Source: Chitinophagaceae bacterium | GTDB taxonomy: Bacteria > Bacteroidota > Bacteroidia > Chitinophagales > Chitinophagaceae | Length of the DNA stretch: 64,000 nucleotides | Reading direction: 5' to 3' | Assembly (NCBI GenBank): GCA_031397865.1 | Contig: JANNMN010000021.1 | Location: 15,441-79,440, forward strand | Shown here: positions 45,100-54,953 of the stretch, in pieces | Layout of the letters: every line of letters begins with the position of its first letter | Numbering within the stretch: the stretch's first letter is position 1 | The notes under the pieces: generated by a model | What the model was told of the DNA's origin: nothing | The model's database searches: none | The model's input: only the letters and a program-made list of their open reading frames with translations | Program-made: the position numbers and the translations under genes

Positions 45100-47109
45100 C
45101 TAAACTGGGACTTTCAAAATTATTTCAGTTCCTTCTCGGGCTGACGAATTAACTTGTAGAGTTCCATTCATCTCTGAGGCCCGGTGTTTCATATTATCAA
45201 GGCCGTTACCTCTTCCCGTTGTTTCTGCATCAAAACCCTTTCCGTAATCTTTTATCATCAGGGTTAATTCTTTGTTTTGTACGGTTGCTCTTATATCTGC
45301 CTTTTCAGTTTCAGAATACTTTACTGCATTGTTCAAAGCTTCTTTAAAAATGAGGTAAACATTTTTTCGCTGTTCCATCGTCAACTTTACTTTTCCCAAT
45401 TCGTCTAACTCAATGGATGTTCCAATATTTTTGCTGCTGCATATTTCATAAGCAAACCGTTCCATACGTTGCTTTAAACTAGTTCCTTCACTTTCACCAG
45501 GTTTTATCATCCAGACGATGTCGCCCATTTTATCCATGGTTTCTTTTGCATTTCCACTCATTCTTGTCAGAATGTCTTTATGTGTTGCTTCATTGCCTTG
45601 CTGCGTTGCCATCTGGCTCAGCATATGTATGCTGCTGAGAGAACTGCCCACTTCATCATGCAGATCAGCGGCTATCTGGTTGCGTAGTTCCAGTTCTTTC
45701 ATCCGCTGTTTTAATTTATTTCTATTTATTAAGAGCCCTATACCTACAAATGACAATAGTAATAGTAATGCGGCACCTGCAAACAATGATCGCTGCCGGA
45801 ATAGTTTTTGCCGCTGTAGTTCTTTGTCTTTTTTAAGCAACGTAATTTCTTTTTCTTTTTTGTCAACAGTGTATTGTTCCTCCATTTTTTTTATTTGTAT
45901 CTGAAGGTCATTATTCCGTATACTGTCAATGGCCTGATGATATTTGTTTGTATAATCGAGGGCTTTATCATATTGTTTATTAGCCGTATAAAAATCTACC
46001 ATGTTTTTTATACCTGTTGCCTGGCGGTTTAAATCGCCTTGTTGTTTAAAGAGATCAATGGTTGACATTAATTTACTTTCCGACAGTTCGGTTTTTTCTG
46101 TTTTGTATTGCAGGGCAATTAATTCTGCATCAATAGCAGCAACGGTTGTGTTGTTCTTCAATTGTTTTGCCAGCTCTTTACTTTTATTAAAATATTCAAT
46201 AGCCTGCTTTATTTCTTTTTTGGCGGCATACACTTTTGCTATACTCAGGTAGTTGCCCTGCTCTTCGGGTAAATTTTTTTGTTCTCTTGCATAACTTAAG
46301 CTTTCAGTAAAATGGATTAAGGCTTTATCGAAATCGCCCATGCCTAAATAAACATTGCCCAACCCACTTTGTGCTGTACCAAGTCCGCGGCGGTCATTTA
46401 AAGCAGTTTTTATTTTTAATGATTTATTGGCATATAGTAAGGCCTGATTGTATTGTTTTAATTGTGTAAAGGAACTGCTTAAACTTTGGTAGCAGAAAGA
46501 GATGCCCCTGTCGCTTCCTATTTCTTCAAATATTTTTAAAGCTTTCAAATGTTTTTCGGTGGCTTTTTTATAATTGCCAAGTTCTAAATAAGCGTTTCCT
46601 AAATTGAGGGTTTGCCCTGCGGTAGATTCTTTATCTCCCATTTTAATTAGTAAGGCAATAGCATTTTCGAAAAAAGGAATTGCTTTTTGGTTATCACCTG
46701 TTCTTCTATAATAAAGAGCAGCACAGGTGTAATAATTAGAAGTGATGGCATCCTTTTCAGATTCAATAGCATATTGCGCCAGGTTTTTAGCCAGTTTAAG
46801 ATAATATTCGGCACTATCTGAATTGCCGGCGTTATGAAACCAGTAAACCAATTGACTATAAGAAGTACTCAGCCTTTTTGTATCATTTATTTTATGAGCT
46901 ATTGCTATTGCCGCATTTGTATAGGCCCTTGATTTAGCGGCATCTTTCCTGGTGTATTCGTAGGACAATGCACTGTATGCTTTGGCCACATCGGCATCGT
47001 TTTTATTTTCTGCAATTATTTTATTTAAACTGTCTTCTATATTCTGCTGTCCTTTGCTTATACCAGGCAGTAAAAAAAGTGTAAATGAAATAATCAGAAA
47101 CCATTTCAT
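45100..47109 (-). CDS. TPR-repeat sensor histidine kinase (HisKA_3 + HATPase_c)
   Basis: 669 aa. Signal/anchor, then about 8 TPR-like repeats, one TM, 'IAADLHDEVGSSLSSI' H-box and HATPase N/G boxes ('EALNNAVKYS', 'DYGKGFD', 'GNGLDNM'). Confidence 0.9.
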   Translation of the reverse strand: MKWFLIISFTLFLLPGISKGQQNIEDSLNKIIAENKNDADVAKAYSALSYEYTRKDAAKSRAYTNAAIAIAHKINDTKRLSTSYSQLVYWFHNAGNSDSAEYYLKLAKNLAQYAIESEKDAITSNYYTCAALYYRRTGDNQKAIPFFENAIALLIKMGDKESTAGQTLNLGNAYLELGNYKKATEKHLKALKIFEEIGSDRGISFCYQSLSSSFTQLKQYNQALLYANKSLKIKTALNDRRGLGTAQSGLGNVYLGMGDFDKALIHFTESLSYAREQKNLPEEQGNYLSIAKVYAAKKEIKQAIEYFNKSKELAKQLKNNTTVAAIDAELIALQYKTEKTELSESKLMSTIDLFKQQGDLNRQATGIKNMVDFYTANKQYDKALDYTNKYHQAIDSIRNNDLQIQIKKMEEQYTVDKKEKEITLLKKDKELQRQKLFRQRSLFAGAALLLLLSFVGIGLLINRNKLKQRMKELELRNQIAADLHDEVGSSLSSIHMLSQMATQQGNEATHKDILTRMSGNAKETMDKMGDIVWMIKPGESEGTSLKQRMERFAYEICSSKNIGTSIELDELGKVKLTMEQRKNVYLIFKEALNNAVKYSETEKADIRATVQNKELTLMIKDYGKGFDAETTGRGNGLDNMKHRASEMNGTLQVNSSAREGTEIILKVPV

Positions 47110-47259
47110 AAGTATCTAATGTGTTTACAGAAATTTAACAGATAAATGTGGTAAGCAGAAAAGCTATACCGCTTTTAGCATTTACTAATTTACAAAAACT
47201 AATTGGCTTGAACAGTAAATTTTAAAGTTCAATTGGCTGGCATCGATAGCGGTTTGAAT

Positions 47260-47856
47260 TCAGAACAGTTCTTCCTGCTGCGGAATAAGCTTAAAACTTT
47301 TTCGATGGTACTTACATAAACCAATTTCTTCAATAGCTTTCCTGTGAATGAGAGTGCCATAGCCTTTATTGTGGCTCCATCCATAGTGTGGATATTCTGC
47401 ATGCAACTGCTGCATATATTCATCCCGGTATGTTTTTGCTAATATACTGGCAGCGGCAATGCTTGCATAAATACCATCGCCTTTTATAAAACATTGGTGA
47501 GGAATTTTAGGATACCGGGTAAAACGATTGCCATCTATTAATAATAACTCAGGTCTTGCTTTTAAATTATTAACTGCAATATGCATCGCCTTAAAAGATG
47601 CTTTCAGAATATTGATCGTATCTATTTCGTCATTATCAATGCTGGCTACGGCATAAGAAATAGCAGCTGCTTCAATGATGGATCTTAATTCATTGCGGTC
47701 TTTTTCTTTTACCTGCTTGCTATCGTTCAATAAGGGATGATGAAAATCCTTTGGCAAAATAACGGCTGCTGCAAATACAGGTCCGGCATAGCAGCCACGA
47801 CCAGCTTCATCACAACCGGCTTCCAAAAGTTTATCCTGGTAAAAAGAGAGTAGCAT
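47260..47856 (-). CDS. rnhB: Ribonuclease HII
   Basis: 198 aa. 'AGCDEAGRGCYAGPVFAAAV', 'DSK' and 'ASILAK' motifs. Confidence 0.9.
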   Translation of the reverse strand: MLLSFYQDKLLEAGCDEAGRGCYAGPVFAAAVILPKDFHHPLLNDSKQVKEKDRNELRSIIEAAAISYAVASIDNDEIDTINILKASFKAMHIAVNNLKARPELLLIDGNRFTRYPKIPHQCFIKGDGIYASIAAASILAKTYRDEYMQQLHAEYPHYGWSHNKGYGTLIHRKAIEEIGLCKYHRKSFKLIPQQEELF

Positions 47857-47931
47857 TTGATTGCAATTTGCAAAATAATGCTCAACAAAAATTGTTTGGG
47901 CATAAATTCCGCTATTACCTTTGCGGCCTGC

Positions 47932-49008
47932 ATGAGAAATGAATTAACAAAACGTTCTTCCCGCCCCGTCGCCATCTGGTTATTAATAGGAGTGGGAATG
48001 ATCATTATCCAGATATTATTAGGAGGCATCACCCGGCTTACCGGCTCCGGACTTTCTATTACGGAGTGGAATGTGGTAACTGGTACATTACCGCCTATGA
48101 GTGAGCAAGAATGGCTTAGTGAATTTGAAAAATATAAAAGCACTCCACAGTTCCAGCTATTGAACAATGATTTTGCGTTGAAAGACTTCAAGTTCATCTT
48201 TTTCTGGGAGTGGTTTCATCGTCTTTGGGCAAGATTGATAGGCATTGTATTTATCGTCCCTTTTATTATTTTTTTAATACAGCGTCGTTTTAAACCAGCA
48301 ATGGTGAAACCAATGATGATACTCTTTTTGCTGGGAGCATTGCAAGGTGCTATCGGGTGGATAATGGTGGCCAGCGGATTAACCGGTGATGCTATTTATG
48401 TAAAACCCGCCAAGCTTGCTCTGCATTTTATTTTTGCGATGGGATTGCTCTGTTACACTTTTTGGTTTGCTATGCAATTGCTGGTTCCCCAAGAAAAATT
48501 AGTTTTCAATACCCCGATTAGAAAATTAATAGTACTTACCCTTGTAGTGCTGATAGTACAATTGGTATATGGGGCATTTATGGCGGGTCATAAAGCTGCT
48601 ACGGCTGCACCCACCTGGCCGGATATTAATGGTTATATCATCCCACCGGGCATGATGAGAGGAGACGACGGAATAATGAATCTTATAGATAATAAAATTA
48701 CTATTCATTTTATACACCGTAGTCTAGCTTATGTTTTAGTAGTCATGATCATTATTCTAACCATCAAACTTTATAAGACCAGCGGATCTTCACTCTTTCG
48801 TAAAACAAGATGGTGGCCTATATTTTTAGTACTGGTGCAAACACTGCTTGGTATAATGGCTGTATTAAAAAGCATTACCATCATTCCCAATCGCTGGGGA
48901 GTGTTTGAGTGGATGGCACAGCTACATCAACTGGTGGCCATGTGCCTGTTATTATCACTTACCTGGATATTATACCTGGTAGAAAATAAAAACAAAACTC
49001 TTAGCTGA
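47932..49008 (+). CDS. ctaA: Haem A synthase (COX15/CtaA family)
   Basis: About 8 TM segments. 'ILLGGITRLTGSGLSITEW', 'EWFHRLWAR' and 'IHFIHRSLAY' His motifs. Start set at the internal Met (MRNELTK). Confidence 0.85.
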   Translation: MRNELTKRSSRPVAIWLLIGVGMIIIQILLGGITRLTGSGLSITEWNVVTGTLPPMSEQEWLSEFEKYKSTPQFQLLNNDFALKDFKFIFFWEWFHRLWARLIGIVFIVPFIIFLIQRRFKPAMVKPMMILFLLGALQGAIGWIMVASGLTGDAIYVKPAKLALHFIFAMGLLCYTFWFAMQLLVPQEKLVFNTPIRKLIVLTLVVLIVQLVYGAFMAGHKAATAAPTWPDINGYIIPPGMMRGDDGIMNLIDNKITIHFIHRSLAYVLVVMIIILTIKLYKTSGSSLFRKTRWWPIFLVLVQTLLGIMAVLKSITIIPNRWGVFEWMAQLHQLVAMCLLLSLTWILYLVENKNKTLS

Positions 49009-49073
49009 TTTACTTCTCATTTGCGGTAGCAGTTATTTATTGCTATTTTTAAGGGGTAACCATTTTCTTACAA

Positions 49074-51329
49074 ATGAAAGCCTGGCTTAAAGGATTTTAT
49101 CATTCCTTCCCCATACAACTATTGTTCCTGCACATACGGAAATACCAGGTGCTGTTGCTATTCTGGTTGGTGCTTTTTGCTACAGTTAATGGTTCTTTTA
49201 TGAAAACCTTTGGTGCTGATTCATTATTCCTTGCACCGGAATATTTGGGTAATGTAAATTCTTTTAGTGCAGCCATAGTGGGGGCATCCGTAGGTATGTT
49301 TATCATGAGCTGGAATATTGCTACGTTTATATTGTTCTGCAAGCATTTCAGGTTCCTATCTGCAGCTGCCAATCCCTTTTTAAAATATTGTATCAACAAT
49401 TCTATTATACCGGTAGTGTTTTTAATTTTTTATTTAATAAAAGCTTATCGGTTTGATCTGTACAAGGAACTTATCAGCCCAACAGAAATACTTTTTCTTT
49501 TTGGTGGCTTCGCCTGTGGTTTAGTATTTATACTGGCCGCCTCTTTTGTTTATTTTTTCCAGGCCGACAGATCTATCTTTCGCCGGATGATGCCGGTGAT
49601 CAATAATCCAAGCTCTTATATTACTCACCTGAATCCCATAAAAGAAATATACCATGGCGGCCAATTGATAAAAGTGACCAATTATTTTGAAACACCTTTC
49701 AGAATAAAACCTGCCCGGGATGTATCACATTATACCAATGAGTTTGTGGATTCTATTTTTAAACGTCATCACTTTGCCGCCATCATCTCCGTGTTTGCCG
49801 CTTTTTTATTCTTAGTATTTATCGGATTTGTATTGGACTATACCTTTTTTCAATTACCGGCGGCAGCAAGTATCACTATCTTCTTTTCTATACTGATAGG
49901 AGTGGCCGGTGCTGTTACTTATTTTTTGCAAAGCTGGAGTATCCCATACCTTATCGGGCTGATAGTGCTATTAAATATTTTTTATAAAGCTGATCTTATT
50001 GATCCCCGTAATAAAGCCTATGGTCTTAATTATACAAATAAAGATGAACGACCTGCATACACCCGGGAGAATATGATGGCCCAGTGCACCAAAGAAAATA
50101 TGGATGCGGATAAAAAGAACATGATTGAAATCCTAAACACCTGGAAGAAAAAACAGGATACTGATAAACCCCTGTTGGTGTTAGTAAATACCAGTGGTGG
50201 CGGACATCGCAGTGCCACTTTTACCATGTGTGTATTGCAATACTTAGACAGCATTAGCAATGGAACTATCATGAAAAAAATATTCCTTATCAACGGCGCC
50301 TCTGGCGGTATGATTGGTGCTGCATATTTCCGGGAATTGTATTTGCGAAAACAACAAGGTAAAAATATAAACCTGCAGGATAAACAATATGTGAATGATA
50401 TTGCCGGCGATTTACTCAATCCTATTTTCACTTCTTTCTTTGCAAGAGATCTTATTTCTCCGGCACAAAAATTTTCTGTAGGCAATTATAAATATGTAAA
50501 AGACCGGGGCTATGCATTTGAACAAAAATTAAATAGTAACACCAGAGGATATTTAGATAAACAATTAAAAGATTATGTGGCGGATGAAAAAGCAGCCAAC
50601 ATTCCATTGATGTTTTTTAATTCCGTAGTTACAAGAGATAGCCGCAAGATGATCATCAGCACCCAGCCTGTACGCTTTATGATGCAGGCGCCGCAGGATA
50701 CCAACAGCACCCCGGCAGTAGATCCGGATGCTATTGATTTCACTACTTTTTTTGCGAAGCAGGATCCATATAACATCCGCATGTTGAGTGCTATGCGGAT
50801 GAATGCAACTTTTCCTGTGGTGCTGCCAAATGTATGGCTACCCTCCAATCCCATTATAGATGTGATGGATGCGGGACTGCGGGATAATTATGGACAGGAA
50901 ACTTCACTCCGTTTTTTAATGCCGTTTGAAGATTGGATAAAAGAAAATACAAGTGGTGTGCTGGTGATGCAGATAAGAGACAGACCGGCTGGGGCATGGG
51001 AAGCACCTTATTTATCGGATGATATTAGCGATCATGTTACCAAACCATTTTTACTATTGCAGCACAACTGGTTTAAAATGATGGAATATTTTCAAAATGA
51101 TATGTTGAACTATTTCGTTACCCGCAGCGGAACGCCGGTTCATAAGATCGCTTTTCAATATGTAACGGATAAAACGGAGGATAAAGCAGCATTGAATTTT
51201 CACCTTACCCGACGGGAAGAGAAGAACATAATCAATTCAATACATACTGTTTCTAATCAACAGAGTTTTCAGAAGACAATGCAGTTGTTTAACCAGCGAA
51301 GCAAAATGGATACAGCTAAGGTTGAATAA
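49074..51329 (+). CDS. Membrane-anchored patatin-like phospholipase
   Basis: 751 aa. N-terminal about 7 TM segments. Oxyanion 'TSGGGHRS', nucleophile 'GASGG' and catalytic Asp 'MDAGLRDNYG'. Confidence 0.8.
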   Translation: MKAWLKGFYHSFPIQLLFLHIRKYQVLLLFWLVLFATVNGSFMKTFGADSLFLAPEYLGNVNSFSAAIVGASVGMFIMSWNIATFILFCKHFRFLSAAANPFLKYCINNSIIPVVFLIFYLIKAYRFDLYKELISPTEILFLFGGFACGLVFILAASFVYFFQADRSIFRRMMPVINNPSSYITHLNPIKEIYHGGQLIKVTNYFETPFRIKPARDVSHYTNEFVDSIFKRHHFAAIISVFAAFLFLVFIGFVLDYTFFQLPAAASITIFFSILIGVAGAVTYFLQSWSIPYLIGLIVLLNIFYKADLIDPRNKAYGLNYTNKDERPAYTRENMMAQCTKENMDADKKNMIEILNTWKKKQDTDKPLLVLVNTSGGGHRSATFTMCVLQYLDSISNGTIMKKIFLINGASGGMIGAAYFRELYLRKQQGKNINLQDKQYVNDIAGDLLNPIFTSFFARDLISPAQKFSVGNYKYVKDRGYAFEQKLNSNTRGYLDKQLKDYVADEKAANIPLMFFNSVVTRDSRKMIISTQPVRFMMQAPQDTNSTPAVDPDAIDFTTFFAKQDPYNIRMLSAMRMNATFPVVLPNVWLPSNPIIDVMDAGLRDNYGQETSLRFLMPFEDWIKENTSGVLVMQIRDRPAGAWEAPYLSDDISDHVTKPFLLLQHNWFKMMEYFQNDMLNYFVTRSGTPVHKIAFQYVTDKTEDKAALNFHLTRREEKNIINSIHTVSNQQSFQKTMQLFNQRSKMDTAKVE

Positions 51330-52224
51330 GCTGGAAACATTTTTTCTTTATCGCAATTTCCATTTCTTCAGGAGTTTCTGCCGGATCACCATCAATATGC
51401 ATGGGTGCTTGTGAAAGATTGCGGAGTTTTAATTTTTCTGTTTGAAAATAGATAATGCTTTGCTTATTGCGATCCACCCCTTCTGTAATTAATTTATTGT
51501 TACCGGTAATTTGTTTTAAAGTTTGTAACAATAAACTCAGTTTACTCTGGTTAGTAACGATTACAATATCCAGCAAGCCATCGCTTAAGCAGGCACTAGG
51601 GGCGATAGTAAAATTATTTCCAAACTGGTTGCTATTAGCAATACTGACAAAAAATGCGTCGGTGGTAAATGTTTTACCATTCACGGTTATTTCAAACAAA
51701 TATGTTTTAGCAGAAAAGAAATTTTTGATCACCTGTTTTACATAAGTGGCTAGGCCTCTCTTTGGTTGCCTGGCAAAATCATGTGCCACCTTTGCATCAA
51801 AACCGAGTCCGCATAGCATGCAGGCAAACTGATTGTTTACATAAAACCCATCAACGGCCTCAGGCTTGCCACTAAAAATTATATCTAATGCTTTAGCTGC
51901 AGACTTAGGAATTTTAGCGGTATAAGCCAATCCATTACCCGAGCCACAGGGAATAATCCCAAAGTTTACATTGAATTTTATAAGGCTATGCACTACCTGG
52001 CTCACCGTTCCATCTCCTCCGGCAATAATTACATCAGTTATTTTTTGTTCTTTGATTATTGATTCAAGAAATGAATAATCACCACTGGCTACCGATGGAA
52101 AAACCTGGAAAGGAATTTTTTTATCCGTTGTTGTTTTTTCAATAAAAACCTGCAAGTCCTTTTTGGTTCTGGTGCCGGCAATAGGATTGATGATATAAAT
52201 GATGTTGCGTTTCACTGGCAACAA
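51316..52224 (-). CDS. Diacylglycerol/lipid kinase (YegS/BmrU family)
   Basis: 302 aa. 'IIAGGDGTVSQVV' and 'GIIPCGSGNGLA' motifs. Confidence 0.85.
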   Translation of the reverse strand: MLPVKRNIIYIINPIAGTRTKKDLQVFIEKTTTDKKIPFQVFPSVASGDYSFLESIIKEQKITDVIIAGGDGTVSQVVHSLIKFNVNFGIIPCGSGNGLAYTAKIPKSAAKALDIIFSGKPEAVDGFYVNNQFACMLCGLGFDAKVAHDFARQPKRGLATYVKQVIKNFFSAKTYLFEITVNGKTFTTDAFFVSIANSNQFGNNFTIAPSACLSDGLLDIVIVTNQSKLSLLLQTLKQITGNNKLITEGVDRNKQSIIYFQTEKLKLRNLSQAPMHIDGDPAETPEEMEIAIKKKCFQLIQP

Positions 52225-52252
52225 AAGTAATGATACAAACTTGTATTCGAGG

Positions 52253-52675
52253 CTATATAACTATTACGGTGCAGATATGAATGGGCCGCATTCTTACTAT
52301 GGCAGCTTTAGAAGGATCGGATGGGATTTTAGAATAATAGATAACGATCTTGTTTCTGCCAGTCAGTAATTTTTTTAATTCCTTATTACTGATGGTAAGC
52401 GGTTTATTTATTTCTTCAAAATTTTTGATTCCCTGCCGGTTGGCATCATCCACCATCACAGTTCTTTTGTACGCTGTATCGTAGTTATTAAAACTAATAA
52501 TGAAGTTTCCCGGCTTATTCAGTGATTTTCTTTGTATTTTAATAATATTCTTTTCAGGATTTTCTGTTGCATTCTTCAAAACCTTTTTTCCCAAATAAGT
52601 AATACTGCTACTGGTTTGTGCAGATGCAAAAAGTGTAACCGAAGCCAAGAGAGATAATAGGAAAATTTTCTTCAT
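52253..52675 (-). CDS. Secreted hypothetical protein
   Basis: 140-aa ORF with a signal peptide. No recognised domain. Confidence 0.5.
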   Translation of the reverse strand: MKKIFLLSLLASVTLFASAQTSSSITYLGKKVLKNATENPEKNIIKIQRKSLNKPGNFIISFNNYDTAYKRTVMVDDANRQGIKNFEEINKPLTISNKELKKLLTGRNKIVIYYSKIPSDPSKAAIVRMRPIHICTVIVI

Positions 52676-52723
52676 CCGTTTTTCTTTTAAGACATGTAAT
52701 TAGAAGATGGAGTTGCATTGCAT

Positions 52724-53782
52724 TTACCATCTTAACAAAGCACTGCCCCAGGTAAAGCCGCTGCCAAATGCTGCCAGGCAAACGAGGTCACCATCTTTTA
52801 TTTTTCCTTTTTCCCAGGCTTCGCAAAGGGCAATAGGAACGGAAGCCGCCGTTGTGTTTCCGTAGTGCTGAATATTGTTGTATACCTGGTCGTCGGTTAG
52901 CTTTAATTTCTGCTGAACAAACTGTGCAATGCGCAAATTCGCCTGGTGAGGTATCAGCATATTGATATCAGTTGTCTGCAAACCATTTTTGTTAAGTGCT
53001 TCCATTATTACTTCGGGAAATTTTACCACAGCTTTTTTAAATACAGCCTGTCCATCCATATTGGGGAAAATCTGTTCTTTATCAAGCATTGACTGGCTAA
53101 AAAACATTTTACCTATCTCAGCCTCATCGAAGTCAGCATATTTCTCAGGCATCCAATGATTAGCATGTGTACCCGGATTATACATAGCTAATATTTCTGC
53201 CGATTCACCATCGCTGTGCAAATGAGTGGAGAGAATGCCAGACCCTGAGCTTGACGAAGGGTCGGACGGTTGCAAAACAACAGCACCGGCACCATCACCA
53301 AATATCACGGAGATGTTTCTGCCTCTGGTTGTAAAATCTAATCCGAAAGAGTGTTTCTCTGCACCTACCACCAAAATATTTTTATACATACCGGTTTTAA
53401 TAAACTGATCAGCCACACTAAGTGCATATATAAAACCGCTGCATTGATTTCTTACATCCAGTGCACCAATTTCTTTCATCTTCATGGCCCGTTGTAATAA
53501 AACACCGCAGCCTGGAAAATAATAATCGGGGCTAAGCGTAGCAAATACAATGAAGTCAATATCCTGCGGAGTGATACCGGCTCGTTCAATAGCAATTTTA
53601 GCAGCTTCCACACCCATGGTAGTGGTGGTTTCATCTGTGCGGTGTGCATAGCGGCGTTCTTTTATACCGGTTCGTTCCTGTATCCATTCATCACTGGTAT
53701 CCATGTATTTCAGCAGGTCGTTATTGGTAACCACATTGGCAGGCACATACTTTCCTATTCCGGCAATCTTAGATTTTTGCAT
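52724..53782 (-). CDS. fabH: 3-oxoacyl-ACP synthase III
   Basis: 'DVRNQCSGFIYAL' (active Cys), 'IPHQANLRI' (His) and 'YGNTTAASVP' (Asn) motifs. Start at the internal Met. Confidence 0.9.
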   Translation of the reverse strand: MQKSKIAGIGKYVPANVVTNNDLLKYMDTSDEWIQERTGIKERRYAHRTDETTTTMGVEAAKIAIERAGITPQDIDFIVFATLSPDYYFPGCGVLLQRAMKMKEIGALDVRNQCSGFIYALSVADQFIKTGMYKNILVVGAEKHSFGLDFTTRGRNISVIFGDGAGAVVLQPSDPSSSSGSGILSTHLHSDGESAEILAMYNPGTHANHWMPEKYADFDEAEIGKMFFSQSMLDKEQIFPNMDGQAVFKKAVVKFPEVIMEALNKNGLQTTDINMLIPHQANLRIAQFVQQKLKLTDDQVYNNIQHYGNTTAASVPIALCEAWEKGKIKDGDLVCLAAFGSGFTWGSALLRW

Positions 53783-54184
53783 AGCAAGCAATTGAGTTTT
53801 TCCGCATGGGCGGTAATGGAAGATAAGAAATCCACGATGAATGGTGCAGTGGCAATAGTAATGAGAAACAAAACGGTGCTATAACTACTAATTTTTCAGA
53901 ATTTTTCATTCTGCCAAAATGCATATTGTAGTGGAAAAACTACAATCATAGTAAAACGAAAATGACAGAACAATAAGCAAACGAACTATTTTATTGGGAC
54001 TTGTTATGGTATTACTTTGCATCAGTAAACAGAGTAAAAGAAGATAGAAAATAACTAAGAGTTAGAAACCGTCCAAAGTCCAGATCATCCAAACCTATGC
54101 AAGTACTGTTTTGAAATTTACATTATCCCTTATGAAAACCACCTTGTTCAACCCACCAATGTAAATTCAATTAGTAAGTAAAAA

Positions 54185-54216
54185 GCCGCCTCGTTTTAAC
54201 GGGGCGGCTTTTTTTT
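54185..54216. terminator. Strong GC hairpin with flanking A4/T8 tracts (bidirectional terminator)
   Basis: GCCGCCTCG-TTTTAA-CGGGGCGGC (9 bp), then TTTTTTTT on the plus strand and TTTT on the minus strand. Lies 19 nt past the stop of the CsbD-like gene. Confidence 0.6.
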
Positions 54217-54234
54217 GCTACTAACCAGCATATA

Positions 54235-54453
54235 TTAAGAAGCTTTTCCTTTATTAGAAGAAATGCTTTCAATCCATGCTTTTACGTCATCCGGAGATTT
54301 ATTTGTTTTTTTACCAAGTTCTTGCAAAAATTCTTCTTCTTTGCCTTCCTGGTAATTAAGATCATCATCAGTTAGCTCCACATTCGTCTCTTTTATCAGC
54401 TCTTTTACTTCTGACCAAGAGGCGGCTAACTTTAAAAAATTATTTCTTTTCAT
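54235..54453 (-). CDS. CsbD-like general stress protein
   Basis: 72 aa. 'W.EVKELIKE....LTDDDLNYQEGKEEE' pattern. Confidence 0.55.
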   Translation of the reverse strand: MKRNNFLKLAASWSEVKELIKETNVELTDDDLNYQEGKEEEFLQELGKKTNKSPDDVKAWIESISSNKGKAS

Positions 54454-54553
54454 CTATTAAGTAATTACAACATTCGAGCCATGGTTTAAACAAATCCGGC
54501 AAACATATCAGGGATACAGCTTGCCGGATTTGTAAGAATTAAGAAATAAGAGA

Positions 54554-54889
54554 TCAGTTATAATGAAATCGCATCAACTCTTTCATTTTATCAGCACATT
54601 GGTCGCATACTTCGCCACAGTACTGTATGTCTGAGTCGTTGCTGCTTACACATTCATGATAACATTCCCGACAGTATAAAAAACATTCAAACACCTTTTT
54701 TTGCACTTCATCCGGGTTGCTGATGATGAGTGATACTACCGACAAACATGACACGGAACAATCACGGCAAGCCTGTAATAATTTCTCTTCTGGAAACATC
54801 TTTTTTTCCTCAGAATGAATACAAGCTTCGCATAACAACCAGGTGTTCATGCATATTTTTATATAGTTATGTGTTTGTGTAGCTGTCAT
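54554..54889 (-). CDS. Cys-rich four-helix-bundle (DUF326-like) protein
   Basis: 111 aa with repeated CxxC(x)nC spacing ('CEAC', 'CRDCSVSC', 'CRECYHEC', 'CDQC'). Confidence 0.7.
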   Translation of the reverse strand: MTATQTHNYIKICMNTWLLCEACIHSEEKKMFPEEKLLQACRDCSVSCLSVVSLIISNPDEVQKKVFECFLYCRECYHECVSSNDSDIQYCGEVCDQCADKMKELMRFHYN

Positions 54890-54953
54890 GAAAAAAATTA
54901 TAAATGTGCACTAATACATTATAACTGAAAACTATTGCTGTCTAATTTATTAA

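Noticed and set aside
23813-47109. Prophage or tailocin interpretation of the tail-fibre-like genes.
   Set aside because: I recognised no capsid, terminase, portal, sheath, tube, baseplate, lysis or integrase genes anywhere in the window. The fibre proteins also carry Sec signal peptides.
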